Program-made: the position numbers and the translations under genes
The notes under the pieces: generated by a model
Database searches by the model: none
The model's input: the letters and a program-made list of their open reading frames with translations, nothing else
Told to the model about the DNA's origin: nothing
Shown: positions 23,518-35,870 of the stretch, piece after piece
Position numbering within the stretch: position 1 is the first letter of the stretch
Layout: each line of letters begins with the position of its first letter
Assembly: GCA_965603825.1 (NCBI GenBank)
Contig: CBFDEM010000050.1
Span: forward strand, 434,001-498,000
Source of the DNA: Blepharisma stoltei ATCC 30299
Taxonomy: Eukaryota > Protista > Ciliophora
Direction: 5' to 3'
Length of the DNA stretch: 64,000 nt

Positions 23518-24860
23518 TTTAATATGTAAAAATTTAAAAACTTATAAATTTTATGAAGGAAAGATGCTGAATCAGCACACAATAATATAAAAACTTATAG
23601 CGTACCTTCAGAAAAACTTACACGGAAATTGAGCCACTTGATTTCAAATTAGACGGCGAAATAGACTTTATGTGTTTGAAAAATAAGTATATAGGTGCTA
23701 AATTACCAAGCTGTTAATCTCGATATATTTTTAGAGACTTATCTTCCTATTCAATCAATTGATAATATTTCTGGTAATTTTCTAATTCCCAATTAAGTTT
23801 ATTACCAAACTATAAATAAAAATGATTGCTTTTATAACTATTTGAGCCATTTTTGACCTCTCTTATAATTTTATAGTTTTTTAAACTGTGCTTTTCAATT
23901 AAAATTATGAAAGCCTATCAAATATTATTGGATAATTGATTTTTGTTAATTATATTTGATAAAGTTCTATTAAATATATTTTAACTTTTAATTATACTTG
24001 ATAATTGCTCATTTTGAAGTTAAAATATTTTATAGTAAACTGCTTTATCACTTGCTCCTTTGAAGATCTAGTTATATCTAATATAGATCATTTATAAAAT
24101 TCTGAATAGCTTATATGATGATGAAGCTGACATAAAGGCAATTGATGACATATTTTATAATTAACAGGATAAGAAAAAGCACTTAAAAGATGAAATTAAT
24201 GCAACCAAATAAAAGGAAAATGATTAATTTCGAGTAAAGCTTGCAAATTAAAAAGACTTGAAGGAATAGATTCCAGAAATAAAATATTTTAATTAAATTT
24301 TGAATTCTGAGAAGTAATTATATTACTCATCCAATAAAAGCAAGATATTGGATTCAGAAGGCAAAATATTTAAATAAAAATATAATAAGGTTATAATCGA
24401 TAATATTTTTAGTATTTTAAATCTATTTAGAGCAAATAAGCACATAATTTGAGTTTTAAATCAATTGCTTAACTTAAAATCATAGCCGCAAATTCATCTT
24501 TAAAGTTCCTTTACCATCTTATTGATTTTGAATATTTAGGCATAAATACTTTAAAGAGAAAAAAATTACTAAAACTGATATCACCAAATTTTAAGAGCTT
24601 CTCTTTTATCAATAGATGCAGAAATTCAAAAATTTCTTATATTTTGAATTTTAAAATAAATATTCTAGTTATGTCCGGAATTTCAAAATTATCACCTATC
24701 ATATATTTTCTAATTCCATATACGAATTTTATTTAAAATTATAATTTTAATTTCTTAGGCATTGAGATATCAAAGGAATCGCAAAAAGATCTGAAAACAA
24801 ATTGTTTCTTATAACACATAGCAAAATACAAAAAGAATCATAAAACCAATAAATTAATAA

Positions 24861-25595
24861 ATGGTGAAAAACATACCTCAAGAACTTAAGCCTGTAGCTA
24901 AGCTCGAAACTGCTACGGATCCTAGACCATCTAACTTTAATCCTGAAGAATTTGATTCCAGTTCTCAAGAAATGCATGAGCCTATCCCTTCATTAGATGC
25001 TTGCAATCCAAAAAAGCCGAGCTTGGCAAAAGCTAAAAAGTCTCAAATAAAATTTGAGAACACTGCTGTTGGATGTTTGATTCAATATCTAAGGAAAAAC
25101 AGCCCAAGCTCCTTAGAAGATATTGTCCGACATGTAAAATCAGTCGAAAGCAGCTTGATAACGACTGGTGGAACAAAATTTAGACTAAATGCCTTTAAAA
25201 TCGCTGATCATGCTATATCATGGAACCCAAAGCTATTTTTGTTGGATAGACACTTCAATTATTGTCTGAATGTAACCAAAAATTAGGAAACAAAAGCTGC
25301 AGAAGTCGAAGAAAATTTTAAAAATAGAGATGCAAGAAAAGCCCAGCAAGAAAGAGAGTCAAAGGAAAGGAGCAATAAAAGACTGCAACTGCAAATAGAG
25401 AAAAGAAAAAGCTGGGAAAAGATAAGAAAAATCATCATGAATGATTTAAGCGGGGATATGGATGACCCATCATATCTGACGAAGGTGTTTCTCATTTTGA
25501 CATCAGGCAATAAAGAACTCGCAAGTAAGGTGACTAAAGAAATCAGGCTGGCTTATTTCAACATGATAAAAAATAAAAATTCTAATTCTTCTTAA
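24861..25595 (+). CDS. Putative winged-helix-like protein with charged helical C-terminus (one 15-nt intron)
   Basis: The ORF stops inside GTAACCAAAAATTAG (25272-25286). Splicing restores an open frame to TAA 25593-25595 that is conserved with paralogue 37116-37829. The core TAVGCLIQYLRKNSPSSLEDIVRHV...AISWNPKLF...NYCL resembles a winged HTH (inference). Confidence 0.85.
25272..25286 (+). other. 15-nt spliceosomal intron
   Basis: GTAACCAAAAATTAG, with A six nt from the 3' end and an in-frame TAG; same position in the paralogue. Confidence 0.9.
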
Positions 25596-26535
25596 AGCAT
25601 ACCATGCTGGGAATAAAAATACCTTAATTTTTTTTCTTCTAAAATCTTCTTTGAGACTTTAATAAAATTTGTCTTTTTAAAGCAAATGATTTTAAAAATT
25701 TTTATAACTTATATCTTAAAGCCAAATTTTTTCTGTGATATTTATTACTACTTTTTTTCGAATTCTGTTGAAAATTTTAGTTGTTCTGATCGATTCATGA
25801 TACCTATGATTTTATTTTACCAAAAAATTCTTTATCGCTTTTTATCAATCTAAAAGAGAAGAGTAAAAATCTCCTTACTTCGGTAAAATTTGGACTTTAG
25901 CCACCCTATTTTCGTACTTTTATCGTTTTGCTTTATAAGCATTTTGTCCATTTTGGTTGTCAAGCCAAAATGAATTTCTTCAACACTCAATCATTTCGAA
26001 GGATTTCTTGGAAAACTCTTCCAAATATCCACAAATATTAATAAAAATCCACTTAAAAGCCTAAATTCTCATTAATTTCAAAGAATTAAAAAACAAATAT
26101 CTGAAATCTCAAAATAGCAAACGGCTTGCTATGAAACAGCAAATTTTGATCTTTTCAATTATGCTTTCTTCTTGGCTGATCTCAAATCCCAAGCGTTTGA
26201 GCTGATTTTTCTTAAAAAGGATTTGGACTCTCTAAATTTTTGTGTATTTGGCCCTTAACTCTGAACTTTTGCATAGCTTCCTAGGCCAAAAACTCGTTGG
26301 AGCCTGCAAGGAATTATTTAAAACCTATTCCCCATCTCAGGGTTCAAAAAAACAGGTACGGAGCTAAATTTTCGACCCGTCATCTTTATTATTATAAGGG
26401 TGTTTCAAAAGTCAGTTTCCATATTTACAAATTGAAAAAGTCTCTGTCCGCGCATAAATCGAATTTTTTAAAATTTTCTCAAATGAATATCCACCATTGG
26501 TTTTAACAATAAACATTATTTAAATAAGTCACAAT

Positions 26536-29500
26536 ATGAAAAGTCTCATAAGCTTTATCGCCCTTATTGGACTTGCTTCTTGTTTGACATTTGGATCATA
26601 TGATTCAAATTTAGACCCTGGCAGAATTGTTTGGCCAAAAGATACTTGGTTTAACAACCCTATTGAGCTTGCCCAAACTAATACAGGATCAACAGTCACC
26701 ATGACAGTTAACTTCAGACCTACTACTACTTTGACTGGAGCAACAGTTCAGATCATTTTCCCTTCAACTTATTCTACAGAATCTACCAAAACTGTTACTC
26801 TTTCCACTACTTACAACTTAGAGTCTGGCAAAGATACAAGTGTTACTTATTCTACAACTCTTCCTAGCGCAGGCTCATATGGTCCATTTGGAATAGTTAC
26901 TAGACGCAGCGAAACTGGGCAAATTGTCGATGCAAACTACAATTTCGGTTGCATCGCAGTAACTAGCTCAGTATCATCAAGCTCTCTTACTGTTTCTAGA
27001 ACTACAAGCAGTACTGCCACTACAATTAACACTGACAATACTCTTGAATTCCAGTTCACACTGACCTTCAGTCTTTGGGCTCATGATATCATTGAGATTG
27101 CTCCAGATTCAAATTGGGTCCTAAAAACAGGCCCAACTTGCAAATCAGTCGGAGACTCAAACCCTCTCTTAGGTCCAGACAGCTCGAATACCAGCAACCT
27201 ACCTTGCTCACTTGGACTAAAAAGCTCAACAACTGCTGGAGTGGCAACTGGGGCTGATACTACTGTTGCTTCAGACAGCATTTATATTTATGGAATTGCT
27301 TCAGACGCTTATGTTTCTCAAGGATCGACTTCAAATTCATATACCATAAAGCTTGATGTTAGTTCTATTACTTCACCAGCATGGGTCACAAGCTCAAGCT
27401 CCTGGACAGTTTACATTTGGAGATTCGGAACCAACAACTTGCTTGCTAAGTACTACACAAGCTCTGGTCCAGCATCTACTGCAGGATCAGCTACTTTTAC
27501 AAGCTGGCAAAGTGTTAACTTCCCTTCAAACACAGTCATGCAAAATCAAGTTATATTTACTAAGCTTACAGTAGGCACTAATAATCCTTTGCCTGCTGAA
27601 AGCACTTTGACTGTCACTTTCAGCGGTGTTAATATATATGATACTATTTGGTGGTCAGATCTCGATACCACCACTGGCGCATCTGCTGATGGACTATGCT
27701 ACGTTACCCCAGCTATTGATGGCGCAAGCTGTTCAGCATCTGATGCGACAACTGCAACTGTGACATTTACTAAAGCACAAGCTAAAGGATCAGTATCTTT
27801 TGTTTTATTAAGCTACTTATCTGGATCAAGTCCAACAGTTACTAAAATTACTACATACTATGGCTCAACCTCTAATGTTGTAGATCAAAGCGCAAGCAAT
27901 CCAGGCACATTTACAGTTAAAGTAGCCTCAACAACTTATTATAAGATTCCTGATGTTGCTTTGCATGCTCTTTCACACGGCACTACAAGCTATCCAAAAA
28001 TGACCTCTCAAAGTGCCCCTGCTCCATATGCTCTAGGAGCCTCAGGTTCTGTTAACGGGCAAAACCAAGGAGGTGTCAAAAATAAAGATATTTTCATTCG
28101 TATTACTCCTGGCAGCTCAAACACTTGGGGTGGTGGGTCTGGTTATGCAACAACTGTAGTTTTATATTTCAACAGAGCAACTTCATTCGAATATAGTAAT
28201 TTTGGCTCAGTTTATTTTGAGAGCACTGCTTCAAAAGCTGATTACATTGATACTGCATCTTCATTTTCATCAGCAGCTGCCACTTTGACAGCAACTACTA
28301 ATGGTATTACTCCTGGAGTCTCAACAAGCAATCAACTTTCTTTATCATTCACTTCCTCAACCGATGGTCTCGCAAGTGGCTCTTACTACTTTTTACAGTA
28401 CTCTGATGCTACCAAAACAAGCTTACCTTTTATAGCATCCAATCTAGGAACCTTTTACGAAATTTGGGCTATTGCATCCTATACAGTGACTACCACAGCC
28501 ACAACTGAAATTGGGAGCTCAGTAATTTCTGTACTTCCTCAAACCGCTAGTTCTCAATTCTTTACAGTGCCTATTTGCATAGATAACCTGGATGGAATCC
28601 CAATAGTCAATCACTATGAACCATTAACTGTAGACTTTGACTTTTCCTCCCAATCATACGCAATTGACATTGAAATTGATGTAGGATATAGCACTACGAC
28701 AGGATTCATGGGTACTGGCATCATGGCAAATAGCGATAATACTGGAACTCTTACCCTTAATACCAACTTTTTATCTAGTGCCTCTGGCGCTACTGCTACT
28801 TTTAAAGTCTCAACGAATAAGCTAACAATTACTCTCAAAGGTCTTGGATCGACTACTATTTCATCTTCAACAAAGGTATTAACTTATTTCCCAAGCGCAA
28901 TCGCTACCTTAGCAGAAGCATCCTTGAACATTAATTCATATTTCTACTTCCCAAAATCATCTGATAGTTCAGTTAGACAAGTTCTCTACCAAGGTTCACT
29001 TAGCTGGACCGTCGCATCTGTAAAAAATTTCGATGCTACATCAACAGGTGCTACAAAAACTTCAGCCACAGCATGGGCCATTGGATCTTCAGCAGGCGTT
29101 ACTATTTCTAATACTCTTGATAGCGATAATAGAGCAACTTCAATAGTCAATAATGATTATATTGGAATTGGCCTCTCACCAGGATTTATATTTTCAGGAA
29201 CTCCTACATACTCTGTTAAAGTTGGTTCGGGTAGTACTACAAATTCTCCTGCTTCTACAACATATTATTTAGGCTCTTCAAGTGATACTGGAGTCGGCGG
29301 GTTTATTATGGCTTATGGTACATGGGGTGCTGCAACACCTACTTCTACTGCATCAACCTATGACCTCGCAGTTACAGCTCTCCAACCACCAAACCATTCT
29401 CTTATAGCTGGAGAAGGCACGTGGGGTGTGTGGGTAGCATCATCATCAGCAATAGGAGGCGCATGCTCTTATTCTGAAGCTTATTCTAGCTCCTCTGATT

Positions 29501-32500
29501 CTACTGTTACAATAGATGAAACCACATTAGCCACTCCGACATGCACTAGCAGTTCTGGCTCTATTATAGGGCTAAGTGCAGACTCTGTAAATCTTTCAAT
29601 GACTTTTGGCTTCACCACTACCATTACAGTGCCTAAAGATGGTAAAGTTACTTTCACTTTGGATAGCTCATGGACTTGGCCAAGTACAGCATCAAGCTAC
29701 TCATCTTCAATTTCAGCAACTTTTGGCATTTCTGGCTCAACTTTAACAGCTACGTTGACTGCTGAACTTAAAGCAGGCTCATATACTGTGATCGCAGCTG
29801 GAGTTGCACCACCAACAAATAGCGGAGCTTCAAGCATTGACAAGGATTGCTTCACAGCACTTAAAACCTCGACAGCTGGTTTTACAATTGAGAGTTGGGC
29901 TACAGCTGGAGGAAGCCCATTGCAAACATCAATTGCTTCTTCTGCTTCTGTGACAACTGGTGTTTCTACTTTGACTGTCAATGCCTATCCTAACGTTCCA
30001 AGCAAGCTTGCTGATATCTTGCTTACATTTTCTTTAAATAAAAAAATCCCTGCTACTGGCTATATTACGATATCGACACCTTCTTCTCTTACTTGGTCTT
30101 ATTCCACATCAACAGCTAGCATTAAAAACTACTGTTGGACCAACTTTGTATACAGCAGATGTGAAATAGCTTCATCAACTACAATCAACATTTACCCATC
30201 TGCTGACATTGCCTCTGGAACCAGCATTGTTGTTTATTTGGATGGCGCAACCACTTTTTCAGCTGCAGGAAGCTCAGGAAACTTCTTGATTTATGCCTAT
30301 TGGGGATCAGCTCCAACTAAAATTGTTGATGACTCAGCAGTCACCTCAGGTGGAGCTGCAATTACTGTTGGATCTGCTGTTTCTGCTGCACTTACCCTTG
30401 GAGTTACTATGGACATCTCAACTGCAGGAGAAAAGGCTGCTTACACATTTACCTTCAGTTCTGAAGCAGCAATTGCAAGCGGAGATCTAATATACATTCA
30501 ATTCCCAAGAGACTTTGACGCTTACATTGGAGATGCTGACAACACCTACCCTGACTGTTTACCAAATAACTGGTATCTCACCTGCACATCATCAGCTCTT
30601 GGCACCGGCATTACTTGCACTGCAGATCACTGGTATCTTATTGTATCAGGAGCTTCTGCACAATCTGCTGGAGCTTCAGCATCCCTCGTTGTCTATGGTG
30701 TAAGAAATCCAGGACCTTCTGCAACTGGATATTTCAATATTTGGCATTACGATTCAACTCAAAAGCTAAAGGCTTCATTTTATTCATCTGTTTCAGTAAC
30801 CCCTACTTCCTCAATTAGCAATATTAACCTTAAGCCTCTATCAGCTACAGACCGCACATTGACCACTTCCACAACCTATAACTTCGATTTCTACCCAGCC
30901 ATAAGTTCAAGTACCACCTTCAGCTCAGCCAATACATTCAACATTGTTTTCCCTCAACAATTCAACGTCAAACTATACTCTACCAGCTCTTTAAGCTGCA
31001 GTGCATCAACTTATGATGAAACTTCAGCCACATCTCCTACTGGAAGCAGTTGGGTAAGCACCAGCTCTTGCAGCGTAAGTGGAAACGTCGTCTCTTTTGC
31101 CATTCCAAGCGGCTCAACTCCTACAGTCAAAACAACTGACAGAATCAGAATTTCATTGACCAGCGTTAACAATCCACAGTATGGCTTAACAAGAACCAAA
31201 GGTTGGGATGTTACTGGAAGCAATTATGGATCTTCGTATTCTTATTGGTCAAACAGATTTGACTTATACGTTGTAGACTCCACCAACAAGGTCCTTACTG
31301 GAAGAACTTATGGAGTCCTTAACTCTGGATATTTAGGATACTCCCTGAGCACTGCTTCATCAATTGATGTTAATTCATACAAAGGATCAACCAAGGCTAA
31401 CCACATCCAACTCTTACCTGGACAACAAAGTGGTGATATTTCAATCAGCGTTGTCTCAGGATCAAATAACTTTGGCTTGAAATCACAAAAATTGGTACTG
31501 ACTGCAAAGACAAACTCTAATTATCCAGACACAGCTAGCAATATTAAATTCACTTCATTCTACCACTCATACACTGCTTTCCAATTGGATAGTGAAATCG
31601 CGTTCAGAGTATCAGCTGCTACTGGAACTGCACTCGGAATTTATTATATTGACTGGACTGTCGTAGAAACTCGCCAAGATGGAGTAGCTAACAACATTTA
31701 CAGTGCTCCTCTCAGCGTTATGGTCGAAGTTTGCAGCACCCCAACAACTGGCACAATCGTACCTACTGTTGACACTCTTCCAACCCTTTACGTAGGCTAT
31801 ACTAGCATTCCAATCTTTGTAACCCTTCCTAGTGCTCCAGCTACTCAATTAATTGTTACTCCATCATTCGGTACCACAGCTACTGGCATTACCATCAACC
31901 CTGCAACCCTTACATTTACACCAGACACCGAAACTCTCTACTTTGAGCTTGTAGTAGCTTCAACTTATGCCACAACTCAGACACCTAAGCTTTCTTTCAC
32001 TGTAACTGGCACTGATGCAGCTATCTATGCTGCCCCAGCTTCTCAATCTCCAACAGTTACTGCAACTCTCCCTACATCATCAACCTCCCTAACTTTAAGC
32101 GCTGGTACTCCTACAGGTACTTCAATGACAATTACAGCCAAATTCAGCCAAGATGCAGTCATCTATTGGGGACTTACCTGCTATGGTGCTGCAGCTCTTA
32201 CTTACTCTGAGCTTAAGGCACAAATCCAAAGTCTCGTATCTCCTGAATCTACTATAGACAGCCTTGAAAAGCAGCTTGCAGATGAGTATCTGGCTACTGA
32301 GACCCATATCGACTACACTAAAGACACTGATATTACTTCTTTCTTCAAGAGAATTCACAAGAATCACTGCAACACTCTATGGTCCAGCGCTATAGTAAAC
32401 AGATCTAAGAATGGGCAAGTACAAATCACCTTTGACTGGCTCATGGATAACACTCACTATTCCTTCTATGCATATGCTGACAATAAAATCAGCAGCACTC

Positions 32501-33324
32501 AACCTACTGCAACTACTGACTTTACCACCTCCTCCTCCCAGGCTGTTTATTCCACCTCAGTAACCTTCACAGGAGATGTCGCAGCAAGTCTTGATGACAG
32601 TATCAGAAGAGGCTTGGCAAAGAATATGGGAGTTAACCCTGATTGGCTCATTTCTACAGGAAGAACAACTCCATCATCAGCAACCGGATCTTTAAGGTTC
32701 CTCCAGACCTCAACTACAACCTACTCAAGATTTAACTACCAAATGGTTTATGACAGAAGCAAGCCAGGCTACTCCCCATCCTATATGCTCGCCCAACTTG
32801 ACCAAACTGGAGCTACTACTGATTTGACTTCTATCGCTGGATCTGCCCCAGCCGCTTTTGGAAGCGCAACTTCTGTATCAACTGGCACAGTCCCTACCTG
32901 GTCAGTTGACCCATCTAAGACTTCAGTTGCTGACACAAGTGCTGTTTTCAGTGTAACCTCATCTCAAGTTGGTATTGCTTGTGTATCTTGCACTGATATC
33001 ACTACAACTAAAACTACTTATGCTTGGCAAGTTATTGACGGATTAGATGCTGAATCTAACGAAGCACATGGAACATGCGCCAATGTTACTACAGCGGCAA
33101 CAGCTATCTCACTTACAGTTTCAGGTTTAACCCAAGCCACATCCTACACTTGCTATTTCACTGCTTGCAACAGCTACCCAACTCATACTTACTGTATGGA
33201 TGCCAGCACCAGTGGATCAACAGTCACTCCTTTGAAGAGTGTTTCAATTACGACTACAGGGTCTAAAGATGATGCAGCAATTTACCTTGGTCTCTTGACT
33301 GCTTTCTTCTTAATCTTTAACTAA
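26536..33324 (+). CDS. Giant Ser/Thr-rich secreted, probably membrane/GPI-anchored surface protein (2262 aa); intact family member
   Basis: Uninterrupted ORF with N-terminal signal peptide (MKSLISFIALIGLASC), beta-strand-like repeats with paired Cys, and a short hydrophobic C-terminus (DDAAIYLGLLTAFFLIFN) without a cytosolic tail. C-ending codons are visibly enriched. Confidence 0.95.
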   Translation: MKSLISFIALIGLASCLTFGSYDSNLDPGRIVWPKDTWFNNPIELAQTNTGSTVTMTVNFRPTTTLTGATVQIIFPSTYSTESTKTVTLSTTYNLESGKDTSVTYSTTLPSAGSYGPFGIVTRRSETGQIVDANYNFGCIAVTSSVSSSSLTVSRTTSSTATTINTDNTLEFQFTLTFSLWAHDIIEIAPDSNWVLKTGPTCKSVGDSNPLLGPDSSNTSNLPCSLGLKSSTTAGVATGADTTVASDSIYIYGIASDAYVSQGSTSNSYTIKLDVSSITSPAWVTSSSSWTVYIWRFGTNNLLAKYYTSSGPASTAGSATFTSWQSVNFPSNTVMQNQVIFTKLTVGTNNPLPAESTLTVTFSGVNIYDTIWWSDLDTTTGASADGLCYVTPAIDGASCSASDATTATVTFTKAQAKGSVSFVLLSYLSGSSPTVTKITTYYGSTSNVVDQSASNPGTFTVKVASTTYYKIPDVALHALSHGTTSYPKMTSQSAPAPYALGASGSVNGQNQGGVKNKDIFIRITPGSSNTWGGGSGYATTVVLYFNRATSFEYSNFGSVYFESTASKADYIDTASSFSSAAATLTATTNGITPGVSTSNQLSLSFTSSTDGLASGSYYFLQYSDATKTSLPFIASNLGTFYEIWAIASYTVTTTATTEIGSSVISVLPQTASSQFFTVPICIDNLDGIPIVNHYEPLTVDFDFSSQSYAIDIEIDVGYSTTTGFMGTGIMANSDNTGTLTLNTNFLSSASGATATFKVSTNKLTITLKGLGSTTISSSTKVLTYFPSAIATLAEASLNINSYFYFPKSSDSSVRQVLYQGSLSWTVASVKNFDATSTGATKTSATAWAIGSSAGVTISNTLDSDNRATSIVNNDYIGIGLSPGFIFSGTPTYSVKVGSGSTTNSPASTTYYLGSSSDTGVGGFIMAYGTWGAATPTSTASTYDLAVTALQPPNHSLIAGEGTWGVWVASSSAIGGACSYSEAYSSSSDSTVTIDETTLATPTCTSSSGSIIGLSADSVNLSMTFGFTTTITVPKDGKVTFTLDSSWTWPSTASSYSSSISATFGISGSTLTATLTAELKAGSYTVIAAGVAPPTNSGASSIDKDCFTALKTSTAGFTIESWATAGGSPLQTSIASSASVTTGVSTLTVNAYPNVPSKLADILLTFSLNKKIPATGYITISTPSSLTWSYSTSTASIKNYCWTNFVYSRCEIASSTTINIYPSADIASGTSIVVYLDGATTFSAAGSSGNFLIYAYWGSAPTKIVDDSAVTSGGAAITVGSAVSAALTLGVTMDISTAGEKAAYTFTFSSEAAIASGDLIYIQFPRDFDAYIGDADNTYPDCLPNNWYLTCTSSALGTGITCTADHWYLIVSGASAQSAGASASLVVYGVRNPGPSATGYFNIWHYDSTQKLKASFYSSVSVTPTSSISNINLKPLSATDRTLTTSTTYNFDFYPAISSSTTFSSANTFNIVFPQQFNVKLYSTSSLSCSASTYDETSATSPTGSSWVSTSSCSVSGNVVSFAIPSGSTPTVKTTDRIRISLTSVNNPQYGLTRTKGWDVTGSNYGSSYSYWSNRFDLYVVDSTNKVLTGRTYGVLNSGYLGYSLSTASSIDVNSYKGSTKANHIQLLPGQQSGDISISVVSGSNNFGLKSQKLVLTAKTNSNYPDTASNIKFTSFYHSYTAFQLDSEIAFRVSAATGTALGIYYIDWTVVETRQDGVANNIYSAPLSVMVEVCSTPTTGTIVPTVDTLPTLYVGYTSIPIFVTLPSAPATQLIVTPSFGTTATGITINPATLTFTPDTETLYFELVVASTYATTQTPKLSFTVTGTDAAIYAAPASQSPTVTATLPTSSTSLTLSAGTPTGTSMTITAKFSQDAVIYWGLTCYGAAALTYSELKAQIQSLVSPESTIDSLEKQLADEYLATETHIDYTKDTDITSFFKRIHKNHCNTLWSSAIVNRSKNGQVQITFDWLMDNTHYSFYAYADNKISSTQPTATTDFTTSSSQAVYSTSVTFTGDVAASLDDSIRRGLAKNMGVNPDWLISTGRTTPSSATGSLRFLQTSTTTYSRFNYQMVYDRSKPGYSPSYMLAQLDQTGATTDLTSIAGSAPAAFGSATSVSTGTVPTWSVDPSKTSVADTSAVFSVTSSQVGIACVSCTDITTTKTTYAWQVIDGLDAESNEAHGTCANVTTAATAISLTVSGLTQATSYTCYFTACNSYPTHTYCMDASTSGSTVTPLKSVSITTTGSKDDAAIYLGLLTAFFLIFN

Positions 33325-33879
33325 GACTTTATTCAAATCTTGCCTTAATAAATTATAATTATTAATAAATATTGTATCTAATCTTAAATTTTTTACAGTA
33401 TAAGCTATAAATATAGAGTTTTCACTTAATATAAGGTATATGCCATTTAATAACTTACAGCTAAGATATTACGCTTTTATTATGAAAATATAAAATATTC
33501 ATTCCTTCCAGTTTAGATAATATCAGTAAGATATTTAAATTGTTGATTGCTTATTTATAAATATAAAATATCATTGATAATTCCTGCTGATATAATTTTT
33601 GTTTTTCTAGAGTGTTTTTTATTTTTCTCATATAGATACTAGATTAAGCTATTCTCAGAATTTCTGCTAATTAAGAGATAATTTTGGCTTAGAAAACTTA
33701 AATATGCTTTTAAAGCTTCATCATGTATTATTTGCTTCCTAATTTCATTTGGATTGATTGACTGCAGAGATTTAATCTCACAAACACTTTGACGCCGAAT
33801 AATCCTAAATTAACTAGATTGTATTAAATTTTTAAATGTAAGGCTTTAAGCTAATTAAACAATATCTTCAGTAATAGGC

Positions 33880-34900
33880 TACCCTTCGCATTTTCTTTAT
33901 TGCTACCTTACGTAATGCGGCAGTGGATCTTTAACTCTTTATTTATTTTTTCTGAATTTCCCATTTTTACAAAATTTCCACTCTCAAGGGACATCTATAA
34001 TTTTTACTTTTTTGAAATAAAAAACTTCTTTTCAACAGCTAGCAGAGATGGTGTCTTAAACGATAAGAGAAGCATTTTCAAGTCATCTTATAGTTCTTTT
34101 TGCTTCGCTTTCAACCTTAGTGAATCGGCTAATTTTTGAGTCTTTACCTTTCAAGGCCTAATTTATTATCTCTCCGCTTCTTATTTCTTTTTCTCTTCCT
34201 CTGTTATCTTTATCTGCTATTTATAAGCTCTTATTTTTTGCCCTTTTTTAGAATTTCTTATAATATATTTGACTTTTAGCTCAAAAACACTTTGATTTAG
34301 CATAAAGCTCCTCGATTTCTGGGCAAGGTTTTGCTTTATTAAACTCTTTATAGGTATTATTTTAATAGGCGAAATCCTCAAAGAAATTTAATTAAATCAC
34401 ACTCTGATAAGCTTTCTTTTCTAACTGCAGAATAATAAAAAATAATCTTCTAGATAACACCTTTTTAATTTGGGAAAATTCATCTTTCAGTCTAGAGCTG
34501 ATAGAAATTACATCAAAAATAAGTTTAGATTCATCTTATCAGATGCCGACATTTGAATAAGTATATTCTATTTCTGATCAGGCACCTTTCTTTATCTTTT
34601 CATTTGCATTTCATGAGATTTTCTTCTTATCTTTACTTGGCATATTTATCCTATCGATGATATCTTGATAAATCCAGTAAGGCTTCTGAAATTTGGCATT
34701 TCTCAGTATTTTTCCTTTCTTTAAGCATTTTCTGGCTTCTTACTTAATTTTTGCTTCGTAATCCTGCCACTATTTGCTTCTTAATTTTATCAATTTTCCC
34801 ATTTTTTAATCAATATTTGCCTTTTATCGTCAAGTTACAGCTCATCTCTCGTCATATGCTTTTTTGAGGAACTTTTATAGATTCAGCGATTCCGAAGTAA
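33880..34900 (-). pseudogene. Degenerate family X relic, copy 3
   Basis: Shares motifs with 19540-20520 (TTATAAGCTCTT, GCTCAAAAACACTTTGAT, TCTTGATAAATCCAGTAA, TTTTCCCATTTT); no intact frame. Confidence 0.55.
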
Positions 34901-34959
34901 AATTAATTATTTTGCACTAGATGAAAAGGTTCGAGACTCTCAAAAGCATTTCTTATGAA

Positions 34960-35870
34960 ATTTAGTTATTTTTAATAAAAAACTCCTCTCAATAGCTTTT
35001 TGGCTCTATATAGCTTCAATAAAGAAAGGTTTTCTTTGATACATCATTTTGCTTCTACCCTTAATTTAGTACACCCAAAGGAAAATTTAACTGATTTTGA
35101 GAGATTTGCCTTTTTTACGTTCGTCTTGCACCTTTTCTTTTCTTCTTTTCTTCTTGATTCTTCATTATTCATTTTATAAGTTCTTGACAGCAGCATCCTT
35201 CCAAATCTCCTTATACATGCTTTACAGTCCAAAATTTCACTGATATTAGCTTTTGGATGCTATGGCTTTCATATTACTTTGGCGTTTTTACTCATAAGTT
35301 TAGTTTTTCTGACGGAGAGAACAAGAAATAGTGCTACTTTTTAAAAATTAAAATATTGCCCTTTGCCATTCCGAAATTATAGCATAAATAATTTCAAACA
35401 GATTTCATCCTAAAAGGGTTTTACTTTTATCTACTTCCTTCTAGATCTAGACCTGCAAAAGGGACTCTTTAAAATTCTAAAAATAAAATCATGCTAAGCA
35501 TTTTGCTGGAAAATATTTAATCAAAATATTGTTTGATTTTCTTTTTGCTTCTAATAATTAAGATTTTGAACGATCCCTGCCCATCATAATTCGAAATCAA
35601 CAGACATCTTCTTGATTTTTAGTTTGCTTTAGCTCATTTCCTTTTCATATCTCAAATATATTCAGCTGGCCAATTATTTCTTGATGATTAAAGCAAGTCT
35701 TCATCTATCTTTTATCTTTGGAGCTACTTTTAGTATGAGTCTTTGGTTTTTAATTATTTTTCGATCTTCACGGTATATAAAATTGCTCAACTTTTTGTAA
35801 TTTCATCATTTTCCCATTTTTACTAATTTTGTCTTTATATATAAGTTTTATAACTTATCCTAATGCCAAG
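34960..35870 (-). pseudogene. Degenerate family X relic, copy 4
   Basis: Begins CCTCTCAATAGCTTTT like copies 1 and 2, and has the TTTTCCCATTTT landmark near 35810; heavily diverged. Confidence 0.45.

Noticed and set aside
26536-33324. Window being germline (IES-containing) assembly
   Set aside because: Two ~7-kb coding stretches are uninterrupted, which fits somatic sequence with at most a few retained elements.
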